64,000 nt of DNA from Nitrospirota bacterium (GTDB lineage Bacteria; Nitrospirota; JACRHJ01): positions 1-64,000 of the forward strand of contig CAWJRJ010000020.1 in the NCBI GenBank assembly GCA_963845245.1. Reading direction: 5' to 3'. A model generated the notes under the pieces. That model ran no database searches, was not told the origin of the DNA, and saw only the letters and a list, made by a program, of their open reading frames with translations. Every line of letters begins with the position of its first letter. The stretch's first letter is position 1. Shown here piece by piece: positions 9,972 to 21,424 of this stretch. A program made the translations under genes and the position numbers.

Positions 9972-9985
9972 CTTAATCCTCCGGG

Positions 9986-11278
9986 TCAGGAACGTTTGAA
10001 ATCTATTTCAATATCGTGTGTGGAGCATGATATGCACGGGTCATACGCCCTTACCAGCATCTTTAATTGGTTAGTGATGAAGGCGTCGTCCCGGTCGATA
10101 AGTAATGGTACTATAGCCCTAAGGTCCATGTCAATATTTCTTAGGTTCTGCCCGGTCGGTATGATGCAGTTCGCGTCGGTGATCCTGCCATCCTTGTCGT
10201 AGGTATAGTCGTGTATGAGTAACCCCCTGGGGGCCTCAACGATACCCACCCCGCGTCCGGCAACCGGCTTAAACGAGGTATCCTCGTCCTTCAGGCCACG
10301 TCCCAGTATCGTGTCTATAAGGATTATTGAGTCCTCAAGGCAGTGGATGGTCTCCACGAGCTGTGCCACGTTTATCTTGTACGGGTTGAAGCATGGCGCA
10401 GACAGTCCCAGCCTGTCAGCTGCCGCAACCGCCTTTGGGTGCAGGCGGGTATGGCCGTTATTGAACCTCGATAACGCGCCGACCATGAACGAATCCCGGT
10501 TCGCGCTGACATGTTTTGTCGTGGAGGTGGGGACGACAGTCTCCTTTATATGTTCCTTGTATTGCTTGTACGGGAAAACATACCCGTCCGAGGACTTGAC
10601 GTCACCCTCGATCAGCTCGTATATACCCTTTGATTCAAGCGAGATATACTCCGTCTCGCGGGTGAACTCCGGGAATTTCAGACAAGAGAACAGCTTCAAA
10701 GTCGTATCGAGGTCGGCCCTCGCATCTACAAGGCGAACCCCGACATCCATCAGCGAGGATACGTCGGGCAGCTTCGTGAAGCCGTTTATGGCCATCGCAA
10801 CCGGGTGCACGTGCCTGCCTCCGACCACCGCGCACAGGTCGTTGGCCAGCCGCTTAAGCCTGAGGGCCATTTTCACTATCTCGCCATGCGTCCCGGCAAG
10901 AGGTACGACGCTGCCCACCCCGAACAGGTCAGGGGCGACCAGGAAAAACAGGTGCAGGATGTGGCTTTGCAGCATCTCTCCGTTGAAGATCAGGCGTCTC
11001 AGAAGCCGCGTCTGCTCGGAGATTTTTATGCCGAAGGCGTCCTCGGTGGCCCGGAGCGACGCGGTGGTGTGCGATACGGCGCATATCCCGCATATGCGCG
11101 ACGTTATCCATGACGCGTCGGTGCATGGCCTGCCCTTCAGCATTACCTCGAAGAAGCGCGGTGACTCCACGATGTCGAGCCTTGCTTCTTTTACTTCGCC
11201 GTCCTTGACGTTGACCATGATATTGCCGTGGCCTTCGACCCGGGTGACGTTATGGACTTTTATCTCAAGGTTTCTCAT
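9986..11278 (-). CDS. hydA: Group 3b [NiFe]-hydrogenase (sulfhydrogenase) large/alpha subunit
   Basis: TRVEGHG, L1 SRICGIC, EAPRG, L2 RAYDPCISCSTH plus 9-aa C-terminal extension. Confidence 0.93.
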   Translation of the reverse strand: MRNLEIKVHNVTRVEGHGNIMVNVKDGEVKEARLDIVESPRFFEVMLKGRPCTDASWITSRICGICAVSHTTASLRATEDAFGIKISEQTRLLRRLIFNGEMLQSHILHLFFLVAPDLFGVGSVVPLAGTHGEIVKMALRLKRLANDLCAVVGGRHVHPVAMAINGFTKLPDVSSLMDVGVRLVDARADLDTTLKLFSCLKFPEFTRETEYISLESKGIYELIEGDVKSSDGYVFPYKQYKEHIKETVVPTSTTKHVSANRDSFMVGALSRFNNGHTRLHPKAVAAADRLGLSAPCFNPYKINVAQLVETIHCLEDSIILIDTILGRGLKDEDTSFKPVAGRGVGIVEAPRGLLIHDYTYDKDGRITDANCIIPTGQNLRNIDMDLRAIVPLLIDRDDAFITNQLKMLVRAYDPCISCSTHDIEIDFKRS

Positions 11279-12011
11279 GTGTCTCTTCCCAGTATCCGTT
11301 GAACTCCCTGAACTGTGCCGCGACTTCTTCAGCGCTAACACCGTGTTCCAGCATTATCGCCCTGTGCTGTTCGAACGTCGGGTTATCAAGCGGGCCCCTG
11401 CATCCGCAGCAGCCGGTGGCGTGCGCCGGGCATATCGCCCCGCAGCCCGCGCGTGTGATCGGGCCAAGGCAGGTCTTGCCGCGCTCGAAAACGCAGATGT
11501 TCTCCGACATCCTGCACTCGTTGCAGATGGGGTAGTTGGGGATGTTCGGGGCCTTGCCTACAAGGAGCGATTTTATCACCTCCATGAACTCGCGCTTGTC
11601 GATCGGGCAGCCGTAGAGGTTGTAGTCCACCTTCACGTATGCCGAAAGCGGTTTTACCGGCAGGCTGTCGAAATGCCCCGCCATGTCTCCGTATACATAT
11701 TCCGCTGTCTTCAAAGGGTCGTGGAAGTTCTTCAGGGCATAAAGCCCGCCCTGCACCGCGCATGCGCCCATCGCGATGAGTACCTTCGCGTTCTCGCGTA
11801 TCCTCTTCAGCTCTTCTATCTCGTGCTCGCGGGTGATGGCCCCGTCTATTATCGCGATGTCGTAGTCTTCCCTCTTGTCGTCGATGGCCTCGCGGAAGTT
11901 GACAAGCTCCACCTTGTCCAGAAGCCCGAGGATCTCGTCTTCCAGGTTCAGTATCATCAGCGAGCAGCCTTCGCAGCTCGTGAAGGCGAATACCGCCGCC
12001 TTTGGTTTCAT
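11265..12011 (-). CDS. hydD: Group 3b hydrogenase small/delta subunit
   Basis: SCEGC, GACA, GCP, ICNEC, CLGPITRAGCGAICP..CCGCRGP. Confidence 0.92.
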   Translation of the reverse strand: MKPKAAVFAFTSCEGCSLMILNLEDEILGLLDKVELVNFREAIDDKREDYDIAIIDGAITREHEIEELKRIRENAKVLIAMGACAVQGGLYALKNFHDPLKTAEYVYGDMAGHFDSLPVKPLSAYVKVDYNLYGCPIDKREFMEVIKSLLVGKAPNIPNYPICNECRMSENICVFERGKTCLGPITRAGCGAICPAHATGCCGCRGPLDNPTFEQHRAIMLEHGVSAEEVAAQFREFNGYWEETHEKP

Positions 12012-12844
12012 CAGAAGGCCTCCTTCAGGTTTCTGACCTTCGTGTAGGGGAACACCGGCCCCTTCTGGCAGACGTATACGTTGTCTATCTGGCAGTGGCC
12101 GCACTTGCCCACGCCGCATTTCATGCGCCGCTCAAGCGACAGGTATATCCGGCTCTCGGATATCCTGCTGGTCAGCACCGACTTTATCACGAACTTGAAC
12201 ATGACCGGCGGCCCGACTATCAGCGCGATGGTGCGGCCGGGTCGAATTTTACATACTCCATCAAGCTTCGTGATCACCCCGACATGCCCGTCCCAGTTCC
12301 CGTATGCAAGGTCCACCGTGGTCTCTATGTCGAAGTCACGCGTGTTCCGCCAGCGTTCGACCTCGTCGGAAAACAACATGTCCGAAGGCGTCCTGGCCCC
12401 GTAGAGCAGGGTGAGCTTCCCGAAATGCGCGCGGTTGTCGAGCGCGTAGTTTATCATCGAGCGAAGCGGCACAAGCCCCAGCCCGCCCGCTATGAAAAGC
12501 AGGTCGTACCCGGTGAAGTCCTCGGTCGGGAATCCGCGCCCGTACGGCCCGCGTATGCCAACCGTCGCGCCTTGCGGCAGGGCGTGCAGCGCGCTGGTGA
12601 GGCTCCCGGCCTTCCTGATGCACATCTCGAACGTGCCGTCCTGTCTGGTAGGGGAGGACGATACCGATATAGGTGCCTCGCCCACGCCGAACACGGACAC
12701 CTGCACGAACTGGCCCGGCTTGTGCCCGAGCGGCAGCCCGTCCTTAAGGCGGAGCTTGAAGAACTTTTCCCTCGCGGTCACCTGCGTGGTCTCGACTATC
12801 TCGGCCATGCGCGGTATGTAAACCGATTTACTGCTAGTCAACAT
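12011..12844 (-). CDS. hydG: Group 3b hydrogenase gamma subunit (FAD/NAD(P), 2Fe-2S)
   Basis: PGQF, GEAPIS, RGPYGRGF, AGGLGLVPLR, GPPVM, ERRMKCGVGKCGHC. Confidence 0.92.
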   Translation of the reverse strand: MLTSSKSVYIPRMAEIVETTQVTAREKFFKLRLKDGLPLGHKPGQFVQVSVFGVGEAPISVSSSPTRQDGTFEMCIRKAGSLTSALHALPQGATVGIRGPYGRGFPTEDFTGYDLLFIAGGLGLVPLRSMINYALDNRAHFGKLTLLYGARTPSDMLFSDEVERWRNTRDFDIETTVDLAYGNWDGHVGVITKLDGVCKIRPGRTIALIVGPPVMFKFVIKSVLTSRISESRIYLSLERRMKCGVGKCGHCQIDNVYVCQKGPVFPYTKVRNLKEAF

Positions 12845-12852
12845 TTTCTCCC

Positions 12853-13873
12853 TCAGCTCTTGAGCTGGTTGAATGTCTGGAGCACGTCAATACCTACCAG
12901 GCAGGCCCTGCCGCACCGCCCGCAGCCCACGCATGCGAAGCGTCCGAACTTCTCCTTGAAGTATTTGCCTTTCCTCAGGAACCTGTGCCTCAGGCGGTCG
13001 CTCCTTTTGCCGCGCATGTTCTCGCCGCCCGCGAGCAGGGCGAAGTCCCGGAGCTGGCAGCTGTCCCATCTCCTGAATCGTCTGCCGTGGGTCATGTCGA
13101 TATCCACGTCGTCCAGCACGTCGAAGCAGTAGCATGTGGGGCAGACGACGGTGCATGCGCCGCAGTCGAAGCAGCGCTCCTCGAGGGCGTCCCAGAGGAA
13201 GTCGTCGTAGGCCTCTGTGAGGATTGCAGGCAGCTTCCCCGCGTCGTACTCCAGCGGGTCCGGGAACACGGCCAGCTTTTTCCGCCATGTATCGATATAG
13301 TGTTCCTTCACCTTGTAGTTTGCCGGTGAGAAGTTGCCGTATCTCAGCATCTCCTCGCCTGCGGCGGTCGCCGTCTCGGCGATGTATTCGTTGCCCAGGT
13401 CTGTGAGGAATATGTCGTACCCGCCGCCGGGCTTCAGCGTGCCCATGCTCTTGCAGAACGAGTTCGTCAAAGCACGGCTCCTTGCAGTCGATGCCTATGA
13501 AGAACGTGCCCTGCCTGCGGCTGGCGTAGTTGACGTCCATGCTGCCTTCGGCGAATATGTCGTCCAGCAGCCATATGCCGTGCAGGTCGCAGGAATGCGC
13601 GCCGAACACCACCCGTTTCGGGGTCTCCAGCACAGGCTCCGCCATCGGCTCGTCGCCCATCGTGAACTTTATAAGTGTCTCCTTCTGGGGGAGCAGGTAC
13701 TTCTTTGGGGGCAGGAGCGTGGTCTTGTAGTCGAGCGCAAGCTCGGAGAACGAGCGTATCCTCTCGAAGGTGTGCTTGAACTCCTTCGGCACCGGCCCGA
13801 CCACCTCGTAGTCTTTGACAAGGCTGTCCACAAACCCGGCCAGGTCCTCTTTTTTTATAGTCTTTATGCTCAT
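12853..13873 (-). CDS. hydB: Group 3b hydrogenase beta subunit (4Fe-4S dicluster); +1 frameshift near 13463
   Basis: PPKKYLLP, HSCD; C-terminal CFDCGACTVVCPTCYCF and CVGCGRCGRAC in the second frame. Confidence 0.9.
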
Positions 13874-13888
13874 GGCTTACCTTTGGTC

Positions 13889-13915
13889 GTCATTCCCGCG
13901 GAGGCGGGAATCCAG
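13889..13915. repeat. REP-like palindrome just upstream of the hydrogenase operon
   Basis: gtcattcccgcggaggcgggaatccag, same family as 2332-2358. Confidence 0.8.
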
Positions 13916-14004
13916 TGACTTCTCAATTATCGGTTAAAGGAACTCTTGACTTTAGAATGCAATATATGGATGATATACACAAATAATAGCACGGAGATTA
14001 ATTT

Positions 14005-14674
14005 ATGTCCTGGATAACGCTGATTTTCTCATTTTTCATCTTCAGAATACTGCTCCAGTATCCCTATGTCCTTGCAATCGTTGTACTGGCATACATCTTC
14101 AGGGAAAGGATACCCGACCCGACGGCCTGGCTTCGGAGGCGGAAGAACTACAAGAGGCTGATGTACGAGGTAAGCGTCAACCCGTACGACTCCACCGCGC
14201 GGCGCGACCTGGGTATGGTGCTGCTTGAGAAGGGCCAGCCCAAGGAGGCGCTTGAGAACTTCCTTGAGGCATTGAAGAAGGACAGCGAGTTCGGGGAGGT
14301 GAACCACTTCACCGGCCTTGCATATCTTCGTGCAGGGGATGCGGCGAATGCGGTGGGCTACCTCCAGAAGGCCATCAAGATAGACCCGAAGCTGCGCTAC
14401 GGAGAGTCGTACCTCTACCTGGGAGAGGCGCTTACCACACTCGGGAAGCCGGAAGAGGCGATTGACGCGATCAAGACGTTACCTATCTATAAACAACACG
14501 AGCATCGAGGGGATGTACCAGTACGCGAGGGCGCTTGCCGCGCTCGGGCGCAAGGACGAGGCTAAACAGGCCATCGAGGACGGAATAAAATACCACAAGA
14601 ACAACCCTGGCTTTCGCAGGAGGCGGGACTGGCGGAGCAATGTGAAGTTGAAGGCGTTGCGGCGGAGGATGTAG
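14005..14674 (+). CDS. Membrane-anchored TPR protein; +1 frameshift near 14478
   Basis: N-terminal hydrophobic segment, TPR-like repeats (ARRDLG..EALENF; HFTGLAY..AVGYLQKA; YLYLGEAL..EEAI); C-terminus in the second frame. Confidence 0.85.
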
Positions 14675-14677
14675 GAA
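14620..14677 (+). repeat. Direct repeat copy 1 (3' end of the TPR gene)
   Basis: 58 bp, 54/58 identical to 15777-15834. Confidence 0.95.
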
Positions 14678-14697
14678 GATAGTGGAGAGCAAGGCGT

Positions 14698-15747
14698 ATG
14701 ACCTTAACACCGCGCTTTAAAATAACCAACGCAATCACAGCCGCGCTTACCAAGATTGAAAGGGCGCGCGGGTTTCTGGATGCGGCCAGACTGTCTGAGG
14801 AATGGATAGCGGGGATGCAGGCCCGCGCATTGGTTTTGGAAGCGCACTACACAACCCACATCGAGGGCACTCACCTTACCGTTGAACAGTCGGAGCGGTT
14901 GCTGGCAGACCAGCCTGTCCCTGAGGCTGACCCGGACGAGTCGCGTGAACTCCTAAACTACCGTAGTGCCTTCGGTCTTGTGGCGGGCTACCTTGGAAGC
15001 GAAAAACCCGTTACCGAGAGGCTCATTCGCGATATCCACAAGCGCCTGGTAGAAGATGTGCGTGGCGATGCCGCTTCGCCCGGCAAGTATCGCACCATAC
15101 CCAATTATGTTGTCGATGGGCGCGGGGAGGTTGTTTACACTCCTCCGGCACCAAAGGAAGTCCCGCGCCTGATGGCAGAGCTCGTATCATGGCTCAATTC
15201 CGGCAATGAAATACATCCCGTACTTATGGCTGGCATAGCCCAGTTCCAGCTTGTCGATATTCATCCGTTCAGGGATGGCAATGGCCGGGCGGCGCGCCTG
15301 CTTTCCACGCTCTGCCTGTACCGTAGCGGCTATGATTTCAAACGGCTTTTCACCTTAAGCGAGTATTACGACCGTGACCGTGCGGCCTACTACCGTGCCA
15401 TCCGTAGCGTCCGCGAACACAATATGGACCTGACCGACTGGCTCGAATACTTTACCTCTGGATTGGCCACGCAGATGCGTGAGGTCCAGGAGCGCGGCAA
15501 ACGGGCGGCAAGGCTAGATCTGGTACTCGTGAAGGCCAGTAAAGCCGGTCTGAAGGAAAGGCCATTGGCCGTCCTGGGGTATCTCTTCGACAGGGGAAAG
15601 GGGACGGTTGCGCAGATGGAGGCCGCAATAAATATGAACCGGCGGACGCTTCAGCGCGACCTGAAATTGCTTGAAGAGAAGGGGTTTGTACGCGAAGTTG
15701 GGACCGGCCCCACCGACCCTACGAAGTATTATGAGCCGTTACTGTGA
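14698..15747 (+). CDS. Fic-family protein (N-terminal inhibitory motif, C-terminal winged HTH)
   Basis: HPFRDGNGRAAR catalytic motif; TTHIEGT (S/T)xxxE(G/N); RRTLQRDLKLLEEKGFV. Confidence 0.92.
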   Translation: MTLTPRFKITNAITAALTKIERARGFLDAARLSEEWIAGMQARALVLEAHYTTHIEGTHLTVEQSERLLADQPVPEADPDESRELLNYRSAFGLVAGYLGSEKPVTERLIRDIHKRLVEDVRGDAASPGKYRTIPNYVVDGRGEVVYTPPAPKEVPRLMAELVSWLNSGNEIHPVLMAGIAQFQLVDIHPFRDGNGRAARLLSTLCLYRSGYDFKRLFTLSEYYDRDRAAYYRAIRSVREHNMDLTDWLEYFTSGLATQMREVQERGKRAARLDLVLVKASKAGLKERPLAVLGYLFDRGKGTVAQMEAAINMNRRTLQRDLKLLEEKGFVREVGTGPTDPTKYYEPLL

Positions 15748-15773
15748 CAAGCTGTGACAAGTTACTGTGACAA
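15738..15773 (+). repeat. Three CTGTGACAA repeats across the Fic stop codon
   Basis: gttactgtgacaa-g-ctgtgacaa-gttactgtgacaa. Confidence 0.9.
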
Positions 15774-15776
15774 AAA

Positions 15777-15834
15777 GAGGCGTGACTGGCGGAGCAATGT
15801 GAAGTTGAAGGCGCTTAGGCGGAGGATGTAGGAA
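15777..15834 (+). repeat. Direct repeat copy 2 (orphaned TPR 3' end)
   Basis: Encodes the same RRDWRSNVKLKALRRRM* as copy 1. Confidence 0.95.
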
Positions 15835-15893
15835 CCTTGGACGCGTCTCTTATGCCGGACTTTCGAACTCCAATTAGGTAAAAAGGAAACTCG

Positions 15894-16067
15894 ATGAAAT
15901 ATTTACTTTATATATTAATTGGAGTTAGTGTTCTTGTGTTGTATATCTTTGAGGCATGGATTATTACAGATTGCAGGCCCAAGAAATTTGGATATCTGAA
16001 ATTCTTTGCTGTGGTCTCATTATACCTAGCAGGTATAGCTTTTATTGTTTACTTGATTAGCAAGTAA
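15894..16067 (+). CDS. 57-aa AT-rich two-TM protein (absent from the ORF track)
   Basis: MKYLLYILIGVSVLVLYIFEAWIITDCRPKKFGYLKFFAVVSLYLAGIAFIVYLISK; AAGGA SD. Confidence 0.55.
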   Translation: MKYLLYILIGVSVLVLYIFEAWIITDCRPKKFGYLKFFAVVSLYLAGIAFIVYLISK

Positions 16068-16070
16068 TGC

Positions 16071-18116
<2,046 letters not shown>

Positions 18117-18220
18117 TTATACATAATGTGTCTGATTTTTTAAATTCCTATTTAGAAAAAGGTTGAAATTAAATTGTTTTAATATTAATATATGAGCGAA
18201 ACAGTTTTGTAAGGAGATAT

Positions 18221-19096
18221 ATGCCTGATAGGATTCTGGTAGTTGAAGACGAGAGAGATTTTGCTGATCTCCTCGGCCTGCTTCTGACAAAAAAAGATTA
18301 TGATGCAAAGGTAACGTACTGTGGGGCGGATGCTTTAGAGGCTGCCTCGTCCTTTTCTCCCGATATAATACTGCAGGACTACATGCTGCCTGGCATACAT
18401 GGCACAAACCTCCTTACCAGCCTGAAAAAAACCTGTCCGGAGTCCAATTTGATAGTAATGACGGCAAAAGGCGATGAGGAGGTCGCGGTAGATGTCATGA
18501 AGGCGGGTGCCGTCGATTATATTAGGAAACCTTTCGATGTCTATAAATTGCTAAGCATAATCGAGAGCACTCTCAAGCTCAGGTCCTCGCAGGCGGCTTT
18601 CAGGGAGCTGAGGCGGGAATTACGGAATAGAAATAATGAACTGATGGCCCTGAAGACCATATCTCGCGTACTCGTCTCCTCTGTTTCCACGTTCGAGAAA
18701 TGCCAGATTGCGGCGGGAATAGTGCAAAAGAACATGAAGGCCGGGATGGTCGATATCTTCGTCACAAACGAGGCCGGCGGGCAACAGATGCTCGTTGCAT
18801 CAAAGGGGTCGGACGATGCATTTAAAGTAAACAGGGGGATGGGGATTGTCTCATACGTGACCGAAACAAAGATGCCGGTCATAGTGGACGATTTCAGGAA
18901 AGAAAACAGGTTTATTGTACCGGCAGAGGCCAATTTTCTTGGGTTTGTTTCCGGAATCGCCGTGCCGTTGATGGTTAAGGACGTCGTAACCGGAGTGCTT
19001 GTAGCATATTACAAGGATGGGCGTTCTTTTGATCCGTTCGATACGGAACGTATGGGTAATTTTGCCAACCTGATCGCCTTGTCGTCATCTGTATAG
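18221..19096 (+). CDS. Response regulator, REC-GAF
   Basis: ILVVEDE, LQDYMLP, MTAKG, KPF; GAF GIAVPLMVKDVVTGVLVAY. Confidence 0.88.
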   Translation: MPDRILVVEDERDFADLLGLLLTKKDYDAKVTYCGADALEAASSFSPDIILQDYMLPGIHGTNLLTSLKKTCPESNLIVMTAKGDEEVAVDVMKAGAVDYIRKPFDVYKLLSIIESTLKLRSSQAAFRELRRELRNRNNELMALKTISRVLVSSVSTFEKCQIAAGIVQKNMKAGMVDIFVTNEAGGQQMLVASKGSDDAFKVNRGMGIVSYVTETKMPVIVDDFRKENRFIVPAEANFLGFVSGIAVPLMVKDVVTGVLVAYYKDGRSFDPFDTERMGNFANLIALSSSV

Positions 19097-19248
19097 TATT
19101 TTGGGTTGTGGTTTTCTATTTCGTCTATGGCTCTTTTGTTATTCTTCCTGCTTGTCAAATGTACTCTCCAATAGATATTAGAAATTGGTTGAATTTAAAA
19201 CCAGTTAAGATTAATATCTGAGTGTTATGGTTTTGCAAGGAGAAAAAT

Positions 19249-20496
19249 ATGCCTGATAGAATCCTGGTTGTTGAAGACGATGAAGATTTTGCCGACCTTA
19301 TCGGGTTGCTCCTGACCAAAAAAGGTTACGAGGCAAAAGTAACATACAACGGAAAAGACGCCATTGAAGCCGCGTCGAACCTCTTTCCGTCCATTATCCT
19401 GCAGGACTACATGCTGCCGGACATACACGGCATAGAGCTCTTGTCACGCCTTAAAGAAGCGAGCCCCGACTCTCATGTGATAATAATGACCGCGAAGGGC
19501 AACGAAGAAGTTGCCGTAGAGGTTATGAAGGCGGGCGCCACCGATTACATCAAAAAGCCCTTCGACACCGAAAAACTTCTGACGACTATAGAGAACACGC
19601 TCAGGCTAAGGTCCTCCGAGGCTGCCATAGAGAAACTGAGCCAGGAGTTCAGGGTAAAGAACAATGAACTCATGGCCCTGAACGCCATATCTAGCACGCT
19701 TGTATCCATAATGTCTCCGGATGAAAAGTACAAGACCTCTGTCGGTATAGTGCGGAAGAATATGAAGGCGGACCTGGCCAATATTTTTATCACTAGAGGC
19801 GTCGACAGGAAACTCATGCTCGTCGCATCCGAAGGGCTTGCGGATGACGAATTCACGGAGTGCAACTTATCAAAGGGCAAGGGGCTTGTCTCATATGCGG
19901 CTGAGATAAAGAAGACGGCCTTTGTCGCGGATTTCAGAAGAGAGAAACGGTTCAGCGTGCCCACAGAAATCCATGAACGCGGGCTTGTTTCAGGGCTTGC
20001 GGTGCCCATGCTGGTCAAAGGCAAGGTGATGGGCGTGCTTGCCGTATATTACAAGAACGAGCGCACCTTCAACTCCTTCGAGATGAAGTTGATAGGTAAT
20101 TTTGCAAACCAGATCGCCTTATCGGTCAAGGCGGACTATCTATCCGGGGTTTTGGGTGATTTCCAGCGCCAGTGGCAGGTAACATTGGATGCGGTCCCGG
20201 ACAGGATAACCCTACAGGATGCGGACCACACGATCATCATGGCGAACAAGGCAGCGGCTGAGGTCGCAGGTTTTGGGGTCAAAGATATGATAGGGCAGAG
20301 GTGCAGCTGGCTTTTCCATAACGTCAAAGAACCGCCCGAAGACTGTCCTGTTAGCGAGTCCATAAAGACGCTCAAGCCTGCCTTCAAGGAGTTTGATTTC
20401 GGGGGAGAGAAGTACAACGTATGGTCCTACCCCGTCCTGGACGACGAAGGCAAGCTGCTGGTCGTTGCCGAATACGTGCGTAAGGTCGGCCCTTAG
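19249..20496 (+). CDS. Response regulator, REC-GAF-PAS (paralog of the preceding gene)
   Basis: Closely similar REC and GAF, plus PAS (TLDAVPD..ANKAA..IGQRC..CPV). Confidence 0.88.
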   Translation: MPDRILVVEDDEDFADLIGLLLTKKGYEAKVTYNGKDAIEAASNLFPSIILQDYMLPDIHGIELLSRLKEASPDSHVIIMTAKGNEEVAVEVMKAGATDYIKKPFDTEKLLTTIENTLRLRSSEAAIEKLSQEFRVKNNELMALNAISSTLVSIMSPDEKYKTSVGIVRKNMKADLANIFITRGVDRKLMLVASEGLADDEFTECNLSKGKGLVSYAAEIKKTAFVADFRREKRFSVPTEIHERGLVSGLAVPMLVKGKVMGVLAVYYKNERTFNSFEMKLIGNFANQIALSVKADYLSGVLGDFQRQWQVTLDAVPDRITLQDADHTIIMANKAAAEVAGFGVKDMIGQRCSWLFHNVKEPPEDCPVSESIKTLKPAFKEFDFGGEKYNVWSYPVLDDEGKLLVVAEYVRKVGP

Positions 20497-20501
20497 GTTC
20501 C

Positions 20502-21281
20502 CTAAAGCTCAGTGAAAGTCCCCACCGCGTCCTGTCTTGCCACTTTCACCTTGATATGTCCGCAGGAACTTGCTTCAAGCGTTTCACGCGCCTTCTCGTA
20601 GGCTATCTCCGGAAGGTTGTTTATCTGGCTCAGGTGTGCGAGGATTATCTGGCTCAGGCCGTCGTGTAAAAGCTCTTCCATCAGCCTGCCCGCGTCCTCG
20701 TTCGACAGGTGTCCTTCCTTCCCCGATACCCTCTGCTTCAGGTGCCACGGGTACGGCCCGTCCTTCAGCATCTTCGGGTCGTGGTTTGATTCCAGCACCA
20801 GCAGGTTCACGCCCCGCAACCGCTCGATCACCAGATGCGATGCATAGCCCAGGTCTGTGGCAAGCCCGGCCTTGTGTTTTCCGCAGTGGAACGCGAAGCC
20901 TACGGAGTCCACGGCGTCGTGCGATGTGGAGAACGGCTCGAAGTAAAGGTCGTCTATCTCGAATGCCTCGCCCGGCTCGAACTCGCGCACGGTCAGTCCC
21001 TTGCCCAGCCAGGAGTTTCCGGCGGCACGCGTCTTTGAGGTGAGGTATACCGGGACATGGCATGCGCGGCCAAGCGGCCCGAGGCCCTTTATGTGGTCGG
21101 CGTGTTCGTGGGTTATAAGGACGGCGGAGAGTTCTTCTATCTTCACGTCTATCTCGGCAAGCCGCAGCCTCGTCTCCCGGAGCGTAAGTCCCGCGTCGAT
21201 TAGTACCTTAGTCTTCCCGCCTTCAACGTAAACGCAGTTCCCCTTGCTGCCGGAAGCCAGCGTGCATATCCGTAGGTTTAT
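20502..21281 (-). CDS. MBL-fold metallohydrolase (YycJ/WalJ-like); apparent ATA start
   Basis: LASGSKGNC, THEHADH, SHDA, TDLG, ESNHD, GHLSN, AHLS. Confidence 0.9.
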   Translation of the reverse strand: MNLRICTLASGSKGNCVYVEGGKTKVLIDAGLTLRETRLRLAEIDVKIEELSAVLITHEHADHIKGLGPLGRACHVPVYLTSKTRAAGNSWLGKGLTVREFEPGEAFEIDDLYFEPFSTSHDAVDSVGFAFHCGKHKAGLATDLGYASHLVIERLRGVNLLVLESNHDPKMLKDGPYPWHLKQRVSGKEGHLSNEDAGRLMEELLHDGLSQIILAHLSQINNLPEIAYEKARETLEASSCGHIKVKVARQDAVGTFTEL

Positions 21282-21387
21282 CTCTTGCCTCCCGCCTGAT
21301 AGGTTTCGCTCTTGATAACATATTGCAGGGGGTAAAGTCAAGCATAATACAAGATGTTGTGGTATTTGAAGTAAACCGGATTTGTTA

Positions 21388-21416
21388 TTGCAAATAATAA
21401 TCCTACTGTGTAAAAT
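21388..21416 (+). promoter_or_regulatory. Sigma70 promoter abutting the cstA start
   Basis: TTGCAA-17-TAAAAT, 8 nt to ATG. Confidence 0.55.
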
Positions 21417-21424
21417 CCAGGTTA

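Noticed and set aside
10215..12047. 610-aa plus-strand ORF and other long antisense ORFs (e.g. 4919-5905, 12002-13132, 25576-26679, 53719-54696)
   Set aside because: Shadows of GC3-rich real genes on the opposite strand; no motifs or SD
14620..15834. CRISPR array, integron attC sites or IS ends
   Set aside because: Only two repeat copies, no spacer periodicity, no attC cores and no terminal inverted repeats
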